Of a stretch of 64,000 bases of DNA, positions 35,541 to 45,245 are shown piece by piece. The stretch comes from a virus. Position 1 is the first letter of the stretch. Every line of letters starts with the position of its first letter. Where the stretch lies: IMG/VR virus record IMGVR_UViG_3300046812_000216, positions 3,738 through 67,737 of that record, one strand, 5' to 3'. The translations under genes and the position numbers were made by a program. A model generated the notes under the pieces. It had not been told where the DNA came from. It ran no database searches and was given only the letters and a program-made list of their open reading frames with translations.

Positions 35541-36038
35541 TCAGAGGTCGATCTTGGCGCGGTAGGCGTCGCGGATCATGTTGTAGAGGTTGGGCGACAG
35601 GGCGGCCTTGGCGGCGTTCAGGGCCGAATTGACCTTGTTGTAGCCCAGCGTGATGCGGTTCGAATCGCCGGAGGCCTTGGCCTCGGCAAGCTCGTCGGCC
35701 AGCGCGCGGATGGTTTCGATGCCCGCGTCGATGGTCTGGCGGTTGCGCTGATATTCCTGATGGGATTCGCGGGCGACGGCGAGCATGGTGCGCTCGTCGT
35801 GCTTGGAGTAGCAGCCGCCTTGGAGGTTTTCGAGCAGGAAGTCGCAGCCGTCCGGGGTCAGGGTCATGCCGCCGCCGTTCACCTCGATCAGGATCGGGCC
35901 GTAATAATTGGCCTCGTTTTCGAAGCGATTGTGGCAGTAGCGGACGTTGCCGCGCTTGTCGAATTCGAGGTCGCCAACGGCGCCGCAGATCAGGATGGAG
36001 GAGAGGCGGGCGTGCTGGGCGGGGGAGAGAGCGGTCAT
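35541..36038 (-). CDS. Hypothetical early protein
   Basis: First gene behind the 36073-36101 promoter; RBS GAAGGA. Confidence 0.65.
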   Translation of the reverse strand: MTALSPAQHARLSSILICGAVGDLEFDKRGNVRYCHNRFENEANYYGPILIEVNGGGMTLTPDGCDFLLENLQGGCYSKHDERTMLAVARESHQEYQRNRQTIDAGIETIRALADELAEAKASGDSNRITLGYNKVNSALNAAKAALSPNLYNMIRDAYRAKIDL

Positions 36039-36039
36039 C

Positions 36040-36103
36040 GGTGCGTTCCTTCGTGCGGGATCAACTAAAGCGGTTTTAAACGGTGCGCTCAGGTGTGTCA
36101 ATC
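36040..36103 (-). promoter_or_regulatory. Promoter + RBS cassette, copy 1 (TTGACA-N17-TAAAAC)
   Basis: 64 bp, one mismatch from 36636-36699. Confidence 0.8.
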
Positions 36104-36114
36104 GCGTCTGGCGA

Positions 36115-36336
36115 TTATTTTGAAAAATAATTATTGACCATCGCGACCGCTCCGGCCGCGTCATTGTGCAGCGCGTGGCCTTCGAAGTCGTCGGTATCGA
36201 CGCTGAAGCCTTGGGCGCGAAGCTCGATGGCGGCGTCCTGAGCGGCGCTGAAGCGCGAGAAGCGCAGAACCAGCGGCAGGACGCCGTGGACGCCCTTGGG
36301 GGCGACGAGGAGCGTGTAGAGGGCGTTCTTTTTCAT
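36115..36336 (-). CDS. Hypothetical early protein
   Basis: Lies between the two 64 bp repeats. Confidence 0.55.
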   Translation of the reverse strand: MKKNALYTLLVAPKGVHGVLPLVLRFSRFSAAQDAAIELRAQGFSVDTDDFEGHALHNDAAGAVAMVNNYFSK

Positions 36337-36339
36337 GGT

Positions 36340-36633
36340 TCAGGCTTTCGGCTTGAGGGAGATGGCGAGAGCTTTTCCGGCTTCGGTGATCTGCCAGACG
36401 GTTTCGGTGCAGTGCATGGCTCCCATGCGGTGGCAAAGCTGATCGATGCTGTGATGGCTGCGCAGGAAGACGAACAGGCCGGAGTCGCGCAGGGTTTGGG
36501 CCGCGTCGCTGCCGCGACCGCCGAAGCATCCGGCCTTGCGGCTGGTGACGTGGCCGAAATAGGTGGCGACGACGCCCATGCAGTGACGATTGGCCTCAAG
36601 CAGCAGAGCGGTCTGGGTCTTGGTCAGCTTCAT
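36340..36633 (-). CDS. Hypothetical early protein
   Basis: First gene behind cassette copy 2. Confidence 0.6.
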   Translation of the reverse strand: MKLTKTQTALLLEANRHCMGVVATYFGHVTSRKAGCFGGRGSDAAQTLRDSGLFVFLRSHHSIDQLCHRMGAMHCTETVWQITEAGKALAISLKPKA

Positions 36634-36635
36634 CA

Positions 36636-36699
36636 GGTGCGTTCCTTCGTGCGGGATCAACTAAAGCGGTTTTAAACGGTGCGCTCAGGTGGGTCAATC
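36636..36699 (-). promoter_or_regulatory. Promoter + RBS cassette, copy 2 (TTGACC-N17-TAAAAC)
   Basis: Direct repeat of 36040-36103. Confidence 0.8.
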
Positions 36700-36721
36700 C
36701 CTCCTGAGCGATTTTTCGAAA

Positions 36722-36934
36722 TTATTTTACGAGCTTGTCCCACATGCGCGAGGCTGCGCAGAAGTTGACCGCCTCGCGGTAGCAGCGCGCCCAGATCTCG
36801 GCATGTTTTTTGGTGTGGAAATGCTGGGTGATCGCGTCTTCGCCGGTCACGGTCCAGCGCAGCGGCTTGTCGTGCCAGTCGCCGGAGCGAATCGGCGGAT
36901 CGAGCGGGGCGACGGTGAGGATGCGGCGGTTCAT
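36722..36934 (-). CDS. Hypothetical early protein
   Basis: RBS GAAGGA. Confidence 0.55.
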   Translation of the reverse strand: MNRRILTVAPLDPPIRSGDWHDKPLRWTVTGEDAITQHFHTKKHAEIWARCYREAVNFCAASRMWDKLVK

Positions 36935-36987
36935 TGATTCGTTCCTTCATGTGGGAGGGGTGAGGGGCCGGAGCCCCTCGTTGGTGG

Positions 36988-37554
36988 TCAGAGATCGACG
37001 ATCTCGATCTTGCAGGCGGCGCGCCACGCCGCCCGGCGGATCTCGGCGTCGGCGTTGTAGGCCTTGCGGTCGGCGAATCCGTGGTCCTTGGCGATCTTGG
37101 CAAAATAAGCCGCCGCCGCCGGGGTGACGATGTCGCGGCCACGGGTGCCGCTCATCTTGAGGAGGTGAGGCGCGCCGGTCATGGCGTTGCCCTCGGCGGT
37201 CTTCTGCGCCGTGTCGCGGTCATAGCTGTGGCCGGAGATGATCTTGCCGTTAGGCAGCGTGACCATCCAAGCGGCCTTCACGTCGCGCTTGCCTTTGTAG
37301 ACATCGACGAGGCCATTGGAGAAGGTGGCGACTTTCTTGGCCTTCTTGGCTTTCTTGGCGGCGGGAGCCGGGGCGACGTAGGTGAAACCGGCGTAGAATT
37401 GCGCGACGGCGGCGTCGCGGGTGGAGCGCAGGCCGTAGTGGCATCCGAAGTGGGCGATGGGGTCGCCGTTGGCCTTGGAAAGCTGACCGGCTTCGAAATA
37501 CTTGCCATCGGCCTTGAGGGTTTCGACGTTGTGGCGGAGGGAGAGAGTGGTCAT
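36988..37554 (-). CDS. Hypothetical early protein
   Basis: First gene behind the 37589-37617 promoter; RBS GAGGA. Confidence 0.65.
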   Translation of the reverse strand: MTTLSLRHNVETLKADGKYFEAGQLSKANGDPIAHFGCHYGLRSTRDAAVAQFYAGFTYVAPAPAAKKAKKAKKVATFSNGLVDVYKGKRDVKAAWMVTLPNGKIISGHSYDRDTAQKTAEGNAMTGAPHLLKMSGTRGRDIVTPAAAAYFAKIAKDHGFADRKAYNADAEIRRAAWRAACKIEIVDL

Positions 37555-37588
37555 TGCGGTGGTCCTCGGTGCGGGTTCAACTAAGTTG

Positions 37589-37617
37589 GTTTTAAATGAA
37601 CCTTTCATGCCGGTCAA
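37589..37617 (-). promoter_or_regulatory. Early promoter TTGACC-N17-TAAAAC
   Basis: Member of the repeated family, at the early/late divergence point. Confidence 0.7.
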
Positions 37618-37679
37618 TGGGCAAATTGACGTTTTATCGTCGAAGTGCGAAATTATTTCGCCGTCAACGGAGATCCCTC

Positions 37680-37967
37680 ATGCCAAATAACCACAAGCTT
37701 CGCGCCTACATGGAGCGCCTCGAACACCTCGATGACGAGAAGGTCGCCATCGGCAAGGACATCAGCGAGTTGCTCAAGGAGGCCAAGGGCGAAGGATATG
37801 TCCCGGCTATCCTGAAAAAGCTGTTGAAGATCAAAAAGGTGGGCTCCGTCGCCTATGACGAGGAGATCGCGATGATCGAGGCCTATCGCGCCGAATGCGG
37901 CATGTTTGAGAGCACGCCGATGGGCGCCTACATGAAGGAACAGGACAAGGGCAAGGCTCCAAGCTGA
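37680..37967 (+). CDS. GapR-like (DUF2312) nucleoid-associated protein
   Basis: LRAYMERLEHLDDEKVAIGKDISELLKEAKGEGYVPAILKKLLKIKK...EIAMIEAYRAECGM. Confidence 0.88.
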   Translation: MPNNHKLRAYMERLEHLDDEKVAIGKDISELLKEAKGEGYVPAILKKLLKIKKVGSVAYDEEIAMIEAYRAECGMFESTPMGAYMKEQDKGKAPS

Positions 37968-38434
37968 TGGGCAAGAAGATCGGTCGGCCGATCAAGGCCG
38001 AGATGACTGAAGCCAGCGAGGAGATCATCCTTGAGGCGCTGGCCGAAGGCCTGACGTGGGATGAAATCTGCGCGCTGCCCGACATGCCGTCGTGGCGGAT
38101 GGTATGTAAATATCGTCGCGACAACGAGGCGTTTGGTATCAATTGCAAGCGCGCGCGCGCGGATTATGCTGAAAAGGAGTTCGACCGCATCAAAGTATTG
38201 GCCGACAAATGTAATTCAGGCAACGTAGATTCGACGCGAGTTAAGCTATCGGCATTACAGTGGCGCATCCCCAGAATGAACCGCGATTACGCTGATAAAA
38301 CTCTAACAGAGAATTCGACTACAGTGAGCGTCACCATGACCAAGCAGATCGACGTGTCGTCGCTCGATGTCGATGAGATGCTGGCGCTGGAGAAGGCCTT
38401 GGTCAAAACCATCGAGCACGATCCGGAGGAGTGA
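37967..38434 (+). CDS. terS: Terminase small subunit
   Basis: GRP...ILEALAEGLTWDEICALPDMPSWRMV...RVKLSALQWRI; upstream of the large subunit. Confidence 0.8.
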   Translation: MGKKIGRPIKAEMTEASEEIILEALAEGLTWDEICALPDMPSWRMVCKYRRDNEAFGINCKRARADYAEKEFDRIKVLADKCNSGNVDSTRVKLSALQWRIPRMNRDYADKTLTENSTTVSVTMTKQIDVSSLDVDEMLALEKALVKTIEHDPEE

Positions 38435-38815
38435 TGGACGACAGCGCGGCGGTCTACCTGATCTGCGACGCCTATAGGGGCGACGCGCTGCCCATTGGCA
38501 TCGAGCGACTCGATGGCGTCTGGCAGATCCAATTTATTCCTGTCGGCGCGGATGAGCCGTCGTTCTATGTTCCTGTCCGGGAGATCCGCGCATGGATCGA
38601 GGTCTGACATGCGGCTGATTCGGCTTATCCTCGACTGGGCGGCGGCGCGCGGCCGGGCGCTCGACATCCGCTTCCTGTGGCCCAGCCTCAAGGTGCAGGC
38701 CGAGACAGTGGAGATGGCGCGCCACGCCTTCCTGCTGCACGCCCTGCGCGACCCGGCGTGGCGGCGCATCGGCGAAGAGGAAGCGATTCGCATCATTGGA
38801 GATCTCGATTGAGCC

Positions 38816-40453
38816 ATGGGGCTGATTGACCTTCCCAAGAGCATTGACAAGGCGGGCTATCTGCGCGCGCTGGACAAGCGCCTGTGCGAGGAATCGCTGG
38901 CCGAGTTCGTCAAGCGCTCATGGCACGCGGTAGAGCCCCTCCAGCCCTACAAGCACGGCTGGCACATAGATTTCATCTGCGAGCATCTGGAGGCCATCAC
39001 CGCAGGCGAGATCGTCGATGGCGAGCCCTATAACCGCCTGCTGATCAACGTGCCGCCCGGCACCATGAAGAGCCTGCTGGTCAACGTGTTCTGGCCCGCA
39101 TGGGAGTGGGGGCCGAAGAACATGCCCGGCCTGCGCTACGTCTGCGCCAGCCACAGCCTCGCCCTCGCCATCCGCGACTCGATGCGGATGCGGCGCCTGA
39201 TCGCGAGCGACTGGTATGTCCGGCACTGGGGCGACCGCGTCATCATCCGCGACGACCAGAACGCCAAGGGCAAGTTCGAAACCACACAAGCCGGATGGCG
39301 CGAGGCCATCGCCGCCGAGTCGATCACCGGCGCCCGTGGCGACCGGGTGATCATCGACGACGCCCTGTCGGTCGATGACGCCAACAGCGACACGGTGCGC
39401 GAGGGCGTCAACCAATGGTTCCGCGAGGCGGTGCCGACCCGGCTCAACAATCCCGACACCTCGGCGATCATCGTCATCATGCAGCGGCTGCACGAGTCGG
39501 ACCTGTCTGGCCTGATCTTAGACCAAGGAATGCAATATGATCACGTCATGCTGCCCATGCGCTATGACCCCGACCGGGCGGCGCCCACGCGCCTCGGCCT
39601 GATGGACATCAGGACCACGGCCGACGAGCTTCTATTTCCGGCGCGCTTCCCGCTGTCGGTCGTCGTGCGCGATGAAACCATCATGGGGCCGTTCGCCACC
39701 GCCGGGCAATTCCAGCAGAGCCCGACCCCGCGCGGCGGCGGCGTCATCAAGGACGCGTGGTGGCAGCTATGGACGGAACCGACCTTCCCGCCGGTAGACT
39801 TCATCGTCGCCAGCCTCGACACCGCCTACGGGCTCAAGGAAGAGAATGACTATTCGGCCCTGACCGTCTGGGGCGTGTTTACCGGCGATCCGGGCGTGCG
39901 CGCCACCCGCATGGTGGATCGATACGGTCGGCCGAAAGAGGCCTATCAGGGCGCTGCCAGCACCATGCTCGACGCGGTTCCTCACGTCATCCTGATGTCG
40001 GCGTGGATGGAGCGCCTGCCGGTCCACGAGCTAATCGTCAAGGTCGCGGCTTCATGTCGCGAATTGAAGGTTGACCGGCTGCTGATCGAGAACAAGGCCA
40101 GCGGCATCAGCGTGGCGCAGGAGATGCGCCGCCTGTTTGGGTTTGAGCCGTGGGCCGTCCACCTGATTGATCCTAAGTCCATCGACAAGCTGTCGCGGCT
40201 CTATAGCGTCCAACACCTGTTCGCCGAAAGCATGATCTACGCGCCAGACCGCGACTGGGCCGAGATGGTGATTCGCCAGTGCTCGACCTTCCCCAAGGGC
40301 AAGCATGACGATCTGGTGGACACCGTCAGCCAAGCTCTCAAGCATATGCGCGAGTGCGGCCTGCTGACCCGGTCGATAGAACGGCTTGCCGAAATTGATC
40401 GCGCTGTTCAGTTTGATAACGTCCGCACGCCACCGCCGCTCTACGACGCATGA
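38816..40453 (+). CDS. terL: Terminase large subunit
   Basis: LLINVPPGTMKS, ITGARGDRVIIDD, IMQRLHESD, SLDTA, IENKASG, FPKGKHDDLVD. Confidence 0.95.
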   Translation: MGLIDLPKSIDKAGYLRALDKRLCEESLAEFVKRSWHAVEPLQPYKHGWHIDFICEHLEAITAGEIVDGEPYNRLLINVPPGTMKSLLVNVFWPAWEWGPKNMPGLRYVCASHSLALAIRDSMRMRRLIASDWYVRHWGDRVIIRDDQNAKGKFETTQAGWREAIAAESITGARGDRVIIDDALSVDDANSDTVREGVNQWFREAVPTRLNNPDTSAIIVIMQRLHESDLSGLILDQGMQYDHVMLPMRYDPDRAAPTRLGLMDIRTTADELLFPARFPLSVVVRDETIMGPFATAGQFQQSPTPRGGGVIKDAWWQLWTEPTFPPVDFIVASLDTAYGLKEENDYSALTVWGVFTGDPGVRATRMVDRYGRPKEAYQGAASTMLDAVPHVILMSAWMERLPVHELIVKVAASCRELKVDRLLIENKASGISVAQEMRRLFGFEPWAVHLIDPKSIDKLSRLYSVQHLFAESMIYAPDRDWAEMVIRQCSTFPKGKHDDLVDTVSQALKHMRECGLLTRSIERLAEIDRAVQFDNVRTPPPLYDA

Positions 40454-40586
40454 TTGCTTGCATGATCCGGGCTCGCGTCGTTAAGATGATCGCGCCGACG
40501 CAGGGCGCCGCGTGGTCAGGATTGGCGAGGCAAGGCGCCAGAGGGCGAGGCGTAAAAACTTCGCCCTCACTTCCACAGGAGATCTC

Positions 40587-41330
40587 ATGCCCCGCATCCC
40601 CATGAAACCATCCATCGCCAAGGCTCTCGACGAGACGCACCCGACAGGGCCAGACCTCAATCCCGGCGGCTATGGCGTCGGCCGATTCGGAGCGTCGCCG
40701 GGCGATGACGACATCGGCGCGGATATCGGCCATAGCGAGGCGAAGCTCGATCTGCCCAAGCAGGCGCCCTCCAAGTTTCCGCCGTTCGACTTCCCGCCGC
40801 CGCCGCTGCCGCAACAGCAGCAGGGCGAGCCGACCGCCTTCACCGGCCAGCAGCAGACGGTGAGCGACGCCATGCTCTACGGCGTGGGATTCACTCGCAT
40901 CGCCAGCGGCAATGAAGGCGTCGAGGTGACCAATGTCCCGGCGGACGAGGTTCTCTCGCATGGCGAGGATCTCCTGCCCGGCGGCATGGGCAATGACATC
41001 CGTGAGACGCGCCTGCCGGTGCAGGATGTCCTCGTCAGCCACCTCGCCTTTGGCGACGCCATCCGCGCCATGGAAACCGGCCTCAAGGTCCAGCGCGAGG
41101 GATGGAACGGCAAAGGCATGTGGATCGCGCTGTCTGGCCTTGAGGGGGCGCGAGAGGTGCAGGCGGCCGACCTGTGGTCGGTTCACGCCCGCATCCACGC
41201 CCGCGAGCAGGGCGGATCGGCCAAGGTGCTGCCGTGCATCATCATGAAGACCGCGACCGGCGAGATCCTGATGGGCTGGCTGGCGAGCCAGAGCGACATG
41301 CTGGCGAAGGACTGGAGGATTGTGTCATGA
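40587..41330 (+). CDS. DUF2829 (Tad2-like) domain protein with long N-terminal extension
   Basis: FGDAIRAMETGLKVQREGWNGKGMWI...GWLASQSDMLAKDW. Confidence 0.8.
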   Translation: MPRIPMKPSIAKALDETHPTGPDLNPGGYGVGRFGASPGDDDIGADIGHSEAKLDLPKQAPSKFPPFDFPPPPLPQQQQGEPTAFTGQQQTVSDAMLYGVGFTRIASGNEGVEVTNVPADEVLSHGEDLLPGGMGNDIRETRLPVQDVLVSHLAFGDAIRAMETGLKVQREGWNGKGMWIALSGLEGAREVQAADLWSVHARIHAREQGGSAKVLPCIIMKTATGEILMGWLASQSDMLAKDWRIVS

Positions 41331-41681
41331 GCCGCGAAAAGGAAGAGAAACACTTTGTGCCGCAGCCTGAGCCCCGGCGCCGCGATCCGGAGCCCGATCC
41401 CCGGCATCGATATCCGGAGCCGCCGCCCAAGCGCGAGAGGGTAGAGCGCGAGCATGAGGTCGAGGCCAAGGCAGTCGAGCCGCCGCCGGTCGCGACCACC
41501 CGCGAGGTCAAGGACGGCTCGTGGATCAGCAACAGGTTCCGGCGATGAGCGGCGGCGATGTCCCGCGCCTGAAGGTGGTCCCCAAGACCACCGTCAAGGA
41601 CTGGCGCAAGAGGGAATTGAAATACAACATCCGGCTGCTGAAGTCGGCGCTGAAGGTGCTTGAGAAGGAACTGAAGGAACG

Positions 41682-41990
41682 ATGACCGACTCCCCCGCCC
41701 AACGCCCGGTAACCACACCCAAGGTCGCCCCCATCACCGGCCTGCCCATCGAGACGGCCAAGACGCTGTGGTGTCCCTTCGTCAGTCTCGTTGCGGTGCC
41801 GCCGGTCGGCGGCGTCGAGCAGATCTCCAACAATCGCGGCATGCGCCTGCACTACGGCGCGACCGACACGGACGTGCAGAAGAACATGAACTGCATCGCC
41901 ACGCGCTGCATGTCATGGATTCCCGACTCCGTCGCGCCGACCACGCACGGCACTTGTCGATTGATCACCGGGGCGGGAGTGAAGGTATGA
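41682..41990 (+). CDS. Hypothetical Cys-containing protein
   Basis: WCPF...CIATRCMSW...GTC. Confidence 0.6.
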   Translation: MTDSPAQRPVTTPKVAPITGLPIETAKTLWCPFVSLVAVPPVGGVEQISNNRGMRLHYGATDTDVQKNMNCIATRCMSWIPDSVAPTTHGTCRLITGAGVKV

Positions 41991-42472
41991 GCGACAACAT
42001 CTTCAACGGCCGGTGCGTCGGCGGCCCGTACAACGGCAAGGGTCTGACCCACGACAGGCCGACCAAGCTGCTGATCGCGATGAATCACGACAGCCAAGGC
42101 GGCGAATATCGCTACATCAACGACAATGAGTGGCTGTGGCATCCGGAACAGAAGGAAGAGCCCGTGAGCAGACTAGCCGAAGAACAGATCGAGATGCAGA
42201 TCCGCGAGAACCACAAGACCGCGCCGCGCATCACGCCTGAGATTATCGACCAGCGCATCCGGCTGGTGAAATACCATCGATTCCCCGACAGCACGCTGAT
42301 GGTCTGCGCCATCGAATTGATGAACGGCTATCACGTCGTCGGCGAGGCTGGCTGCTCGTCGCCGATGACCTTCGACGAAACCATCGCCAAGCGCATCGCC
42401 TTCGACGACGCCCGCCGCAAGATCTGGGCGCTGGAAGGATACGTTCTTCGCAATGTGCTGGCAGGGCTCTGA
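41987..42472 (+). CDS. N4 Gp49/Sf6 Gp66-like protein (possible internal GTG start at 42164)
   Basis: TAPRITPEIID...TLMVCAIELMNGYHVVGEAGCSSPMTFDETIAKRIAFDDARRKIWALEGY. Confidence 0.8.
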   Translation: MSDNIFNGRCVGGPYNGKGLTHDRPTKLLIAMNHDSQGGEYRYINDNEWLWHPEQKEEPVSRLAEEQIEMQIRENHKTAPRITPEIIDQRIRLVKYHRFPDSTLMVCAIELMNGYHVVGEAGCSSPMTFDETIAKRIAFDDARRKIWALEGYVLRNVLAGL

Positions 42473-42510
42473 CAAGCCCGTTCCCGTTCTGTTCACAGAG
42501 GACTGACGCC

Positions 42511-42774
42511 ATGCTGATCAAAGCTCCGATCCTCTGCTCCGCCACGGTCGATTGGGTTCGCCTCGGCGAATCCAGAGGCCTGCCGTTCAATCGCAACAAA
42601 TGGCGCGTTACGGTGCTCGGCAGGCCGCCATATGCCAAGACGCGGATCTATGACATTATCGCGCGCAGCGACGACGAAGCCGCCCGCGAGGGCATGAGCA
42701 TGTTCGTCGCCGACATGGAAGGCGAAGACGATGCCGCTTGTCCCCGGAGCCAACTCGAACATCCGACTGCATGA
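42511..42774 (+). CDS. Hypothetical protein
   Basis: RBS GAGGA; sits before the portal gene. Confidence 0.55.
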   Translation: MLIKAPILCSATVDWVRLGESRGLPFNRNKWRVTVLGRPPYAKTRIYDIIARSDDEAAREGMSMFVADMEGEDDAACPRSQLEHPTA

Positions 42775-45244
42775 CGCGGAGCCGGGCGCCGTCAAGCCGC
42801 GCCTGTCCATCGTCCATTCCGAGTCCGACAACGAGCCCGACGACTCGCCCCAGTTCGACGACAAGGGCGCAATCCTCCGCATCGAGCACCCCGATGGCTC
42901 TATCACCGTCAGCCTCGACGGGCGGCCCATTGAGGAGCCGCGCAAGGCGAAGTCCGGCTGGTTCGCCAACCTCGTGGACGACATCGACCCGCTCGAACTG
43001 GCGCGCATCGCCGACGACCTGATCCGGGGCGTCGAGGACGATCTCCAGTCCCGGCAGGAGTGGATCGAGGAGCGCGCCCAAGGCATCAAGCTCCTAGGCT
43101 TCAAGATCGAGATCCCCAACATCCAAGGCGCGGCCGATGGCGCGCCGGTCGAGGGCATGTCCAAGGTCCGCCACCCGATCCTGCAAGAGGCGGTGCTGCG
43201 CTTCCAAGCCAACGCCCGGTCGGAGTTCCTGCCCACCGATGGCCCGGTCAAGATCCGCGACGACGCCAACGGCTCCGACCTCCAGCGCGACCAGCAGGCC
43301 AATGCGCTGGAGAAAGACCTCAATCACTATCTCACGACGACCGCGACCGAATTCGTGCCGGACACCGACAAGATGTTCCTGATGCTCGGCTTCGGCGGCA
43401 CCAGCTTCAAGAAGGTCTACAACTGCCCGCTGCGCAACCGCCCGGTCAGCGAGACGGTGGACGCCAACGATCTGATCGTCAACGACTCGGCGACCGACCT
43501 AGCCAACGCCAAGCGCATCACCCACCGCAACATGATGAAGCCATCGACCGTCCGGCGCATGCAGATCCTCGGCGCCTACAAGGACATCGACCTCTCGACG
43601 CCCAAGCAGCAGACGCTCGACGCGGCGCAGGAGGCGGCGAAGGCGCAGCAGGGCGTGACGCCATCGACCATGCGGCCGGAAGATCGTGATCGCCAGATCT
43701 ACGAGTGCTATTGCGAACTGGACATCAAGGGATATGAGCACAAGTACAAAGGCAAGATTTCAGGGCTAGAAATCCCGTATAGAGTGACAATCGATGAGTC
43801 CAGCAGAGAAATTCTTTCCATCGTCAGGAATTACGACGAAGACACCAAAGAACTCCCTGTGGCCCGCGACAACTTTATAAAATACACATACATTCCCGGC
43901 TTTGGTTTCTACGATATCGGACTGCTCCATATCCTCGGCAACACGACCAACGCGATCACGGCAGCATGGCGAGAGCTTTTAGACGCTGGAATGTTCAACA
44001 ATTTCCCCGGCTTCCTGATGGCGGACACGGGGGCGCGGCAGAACACGAACATCTTCCGAGTCCCGCCGGGCGGCGGCGCCTTGGTAAAGACCGGCGGCCT
44101 ACCCATAAATCAGGCCATCATGCCCTTGCCCTACCAGCCGCCGAGTCAGGCGCTGATGGCGCTGGTGCAGGACATGGCGCAGACGGGCCAGCGGGTCGGC
44201 GGCACCAGCGAGCAGCCGGTCGGCGAGGGCAAGGCCGATTCCCCGGTCGGCACCACGCTGGCGCTGATCGAGCAGGCCACCAAGATCCTCAACAGCGTCC
44301 ACAAGCGCATGCATGCCGCGCAGTCGCGCGAGCTTGAACTGATCGTCCGCTGCTTCAAGGAGAACCCGACCGCCTTCTGGCAGAAGAACAAGACCCCGGC
44401 CTTGCCGTGGGACCAAGCGACCTTCCTCAAGGCGCTGGATGACGCCAACCTTGTCCCGGTGGCCGACCCCAACACCTCCAGCCACATCCAGCGGGTGATG
44501 AAGATCATGGCGCTGAAGCAGCTACAGGGCGCGAGCCCGGCGCTTTATGATCCAATAGCAATTGATATTGCAGCTTTGCAAGCATTAGGCTTCAACAACC
44601 CGCAACAATTCATGGCTCCTCCGCAAGCGCAGGCCGCGCCGCCGCCAGAACTACTTAAACAGCAGGCTGAAACTCAAGCTAAAACTATGACTGCTCAAGC
44701 AACGATGCTTAAAGCTCAAGCCGACGCCGAGAAATCAAAGGCGGAAGTCGGCGCGATCAACGCCGGGGCCGGGCAGACCGATGGTTCCGGCCAGCAGATC
44801 GACACGCCCGTCGATCACCACCTCGCCGAAACCAAGAGGCTGGAGGCGGAAACCAAGCAGACGACGGCGCAGCACAACCTGACGCTGGCGCAGGCTAAAG
44901 TTCAGGCTGAACTGATGAATTCCCAAACGCGCGCCCAAGAGTTGCAACTCAAAGTTGCTGGGACGCACATGGACGACGCCCACCATCAGGAGGAGCTACA
45001 GGCCAAGCAGCGCGAAAGCACCATGAACCTCGCCAAGGAGGTCATGCAGAGCAAGGCCGAAAACCACCGCACGCTGGCGATTGAGGGCGCGGCGCACGAG
45101 CACGACCAAGCCATGCAGGCCCGCGATCACGCCCACGATCACAAGATCGAGACGGTGAAGCAGAACACCGCTGTCCGGGTCGCCAAGGCGCGGCCGAAAC
45201 CCGTTGCCAAGGCTCCCGCCAAACCCAAGCCGAAGGCCAAGTGA
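42731..45244 (+). CDS. Portal protein (P22-like, long C-terminal coiled coil)
   Basis: Position after terL; FANLVD...HPILQEAVLRFQA...GFGFYDIGLLH...PVGTTLALIE...SVHKRMH; Gln-rich helical tail. Confidence 0.88.
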   Translation: MPLVPGANSNIRLHDAEPGAVKPRLSIVHSESDNEPDDSPQFDDKGAILRIEHPDGSITVSLDGRPIEEPRKAKSGWFANLVDDIDPLELARIADDLIRGVEDDLQSRQEWIEERAQGIKLLGFKIEIPNIQGAADGAPVEGMSKVRHPILQEAVLRFQANARSEFLPTDGPVKIRDDANGSDLQRDQQANALEKDLNHYLTTTATEFVPDTDKMFLMLGFGGTSFKKVYNCPLRNRPVSETVDANDLIVNDSATDLANAKRITHRNMMKPSTVRRMQILGAYKDIDLSTPKQQTLDAAQEAAKAQQGVTPSTMRPEDRDRQIYECYCELDIKGYEHKYKGKISGLEIPYRVTIDESSREILSIVRNYDEDTKELPVARDNFIKYTYIPGFGFYDIGLLHILGNTTNAITAAWRELLDAGMFNNFPGFLMADTGARQNTNIFRVPPGGGALVKTGGLPINQAIMPLPYQPPSQALMALVQDMAQTGQRVGGTSEQPVGEGKADSPVGTTLALIEQATKILNSVHKRMHAAQSRELELIVRCFKENPTAFWQKNKTPALPWDQATFLKALDDANLVPVADPNTSSHIQRVMKIMALKQLQGASPALYDPIAIDIAALQALGFNNPQQFMAPPQAQAAPPPELLKQQAETQAKTMTAQATMLKAQADAEKSKAEVGAINAGAGQTDGSGQQIDTPVDHHLAETKRLEAETKQTTAQHNLTLAQAKVQAELMNSQTRAQELQLKVAGTHMDDAHHQEELQAKQRESTMNLAKEVMQSKAENHRTLAIEGAAHEHDQAMQARDHAHDHKIETVKQNTAVRVAKARPKPVAKAPAKPKPKAK

Positions 45245-45245
45245 G

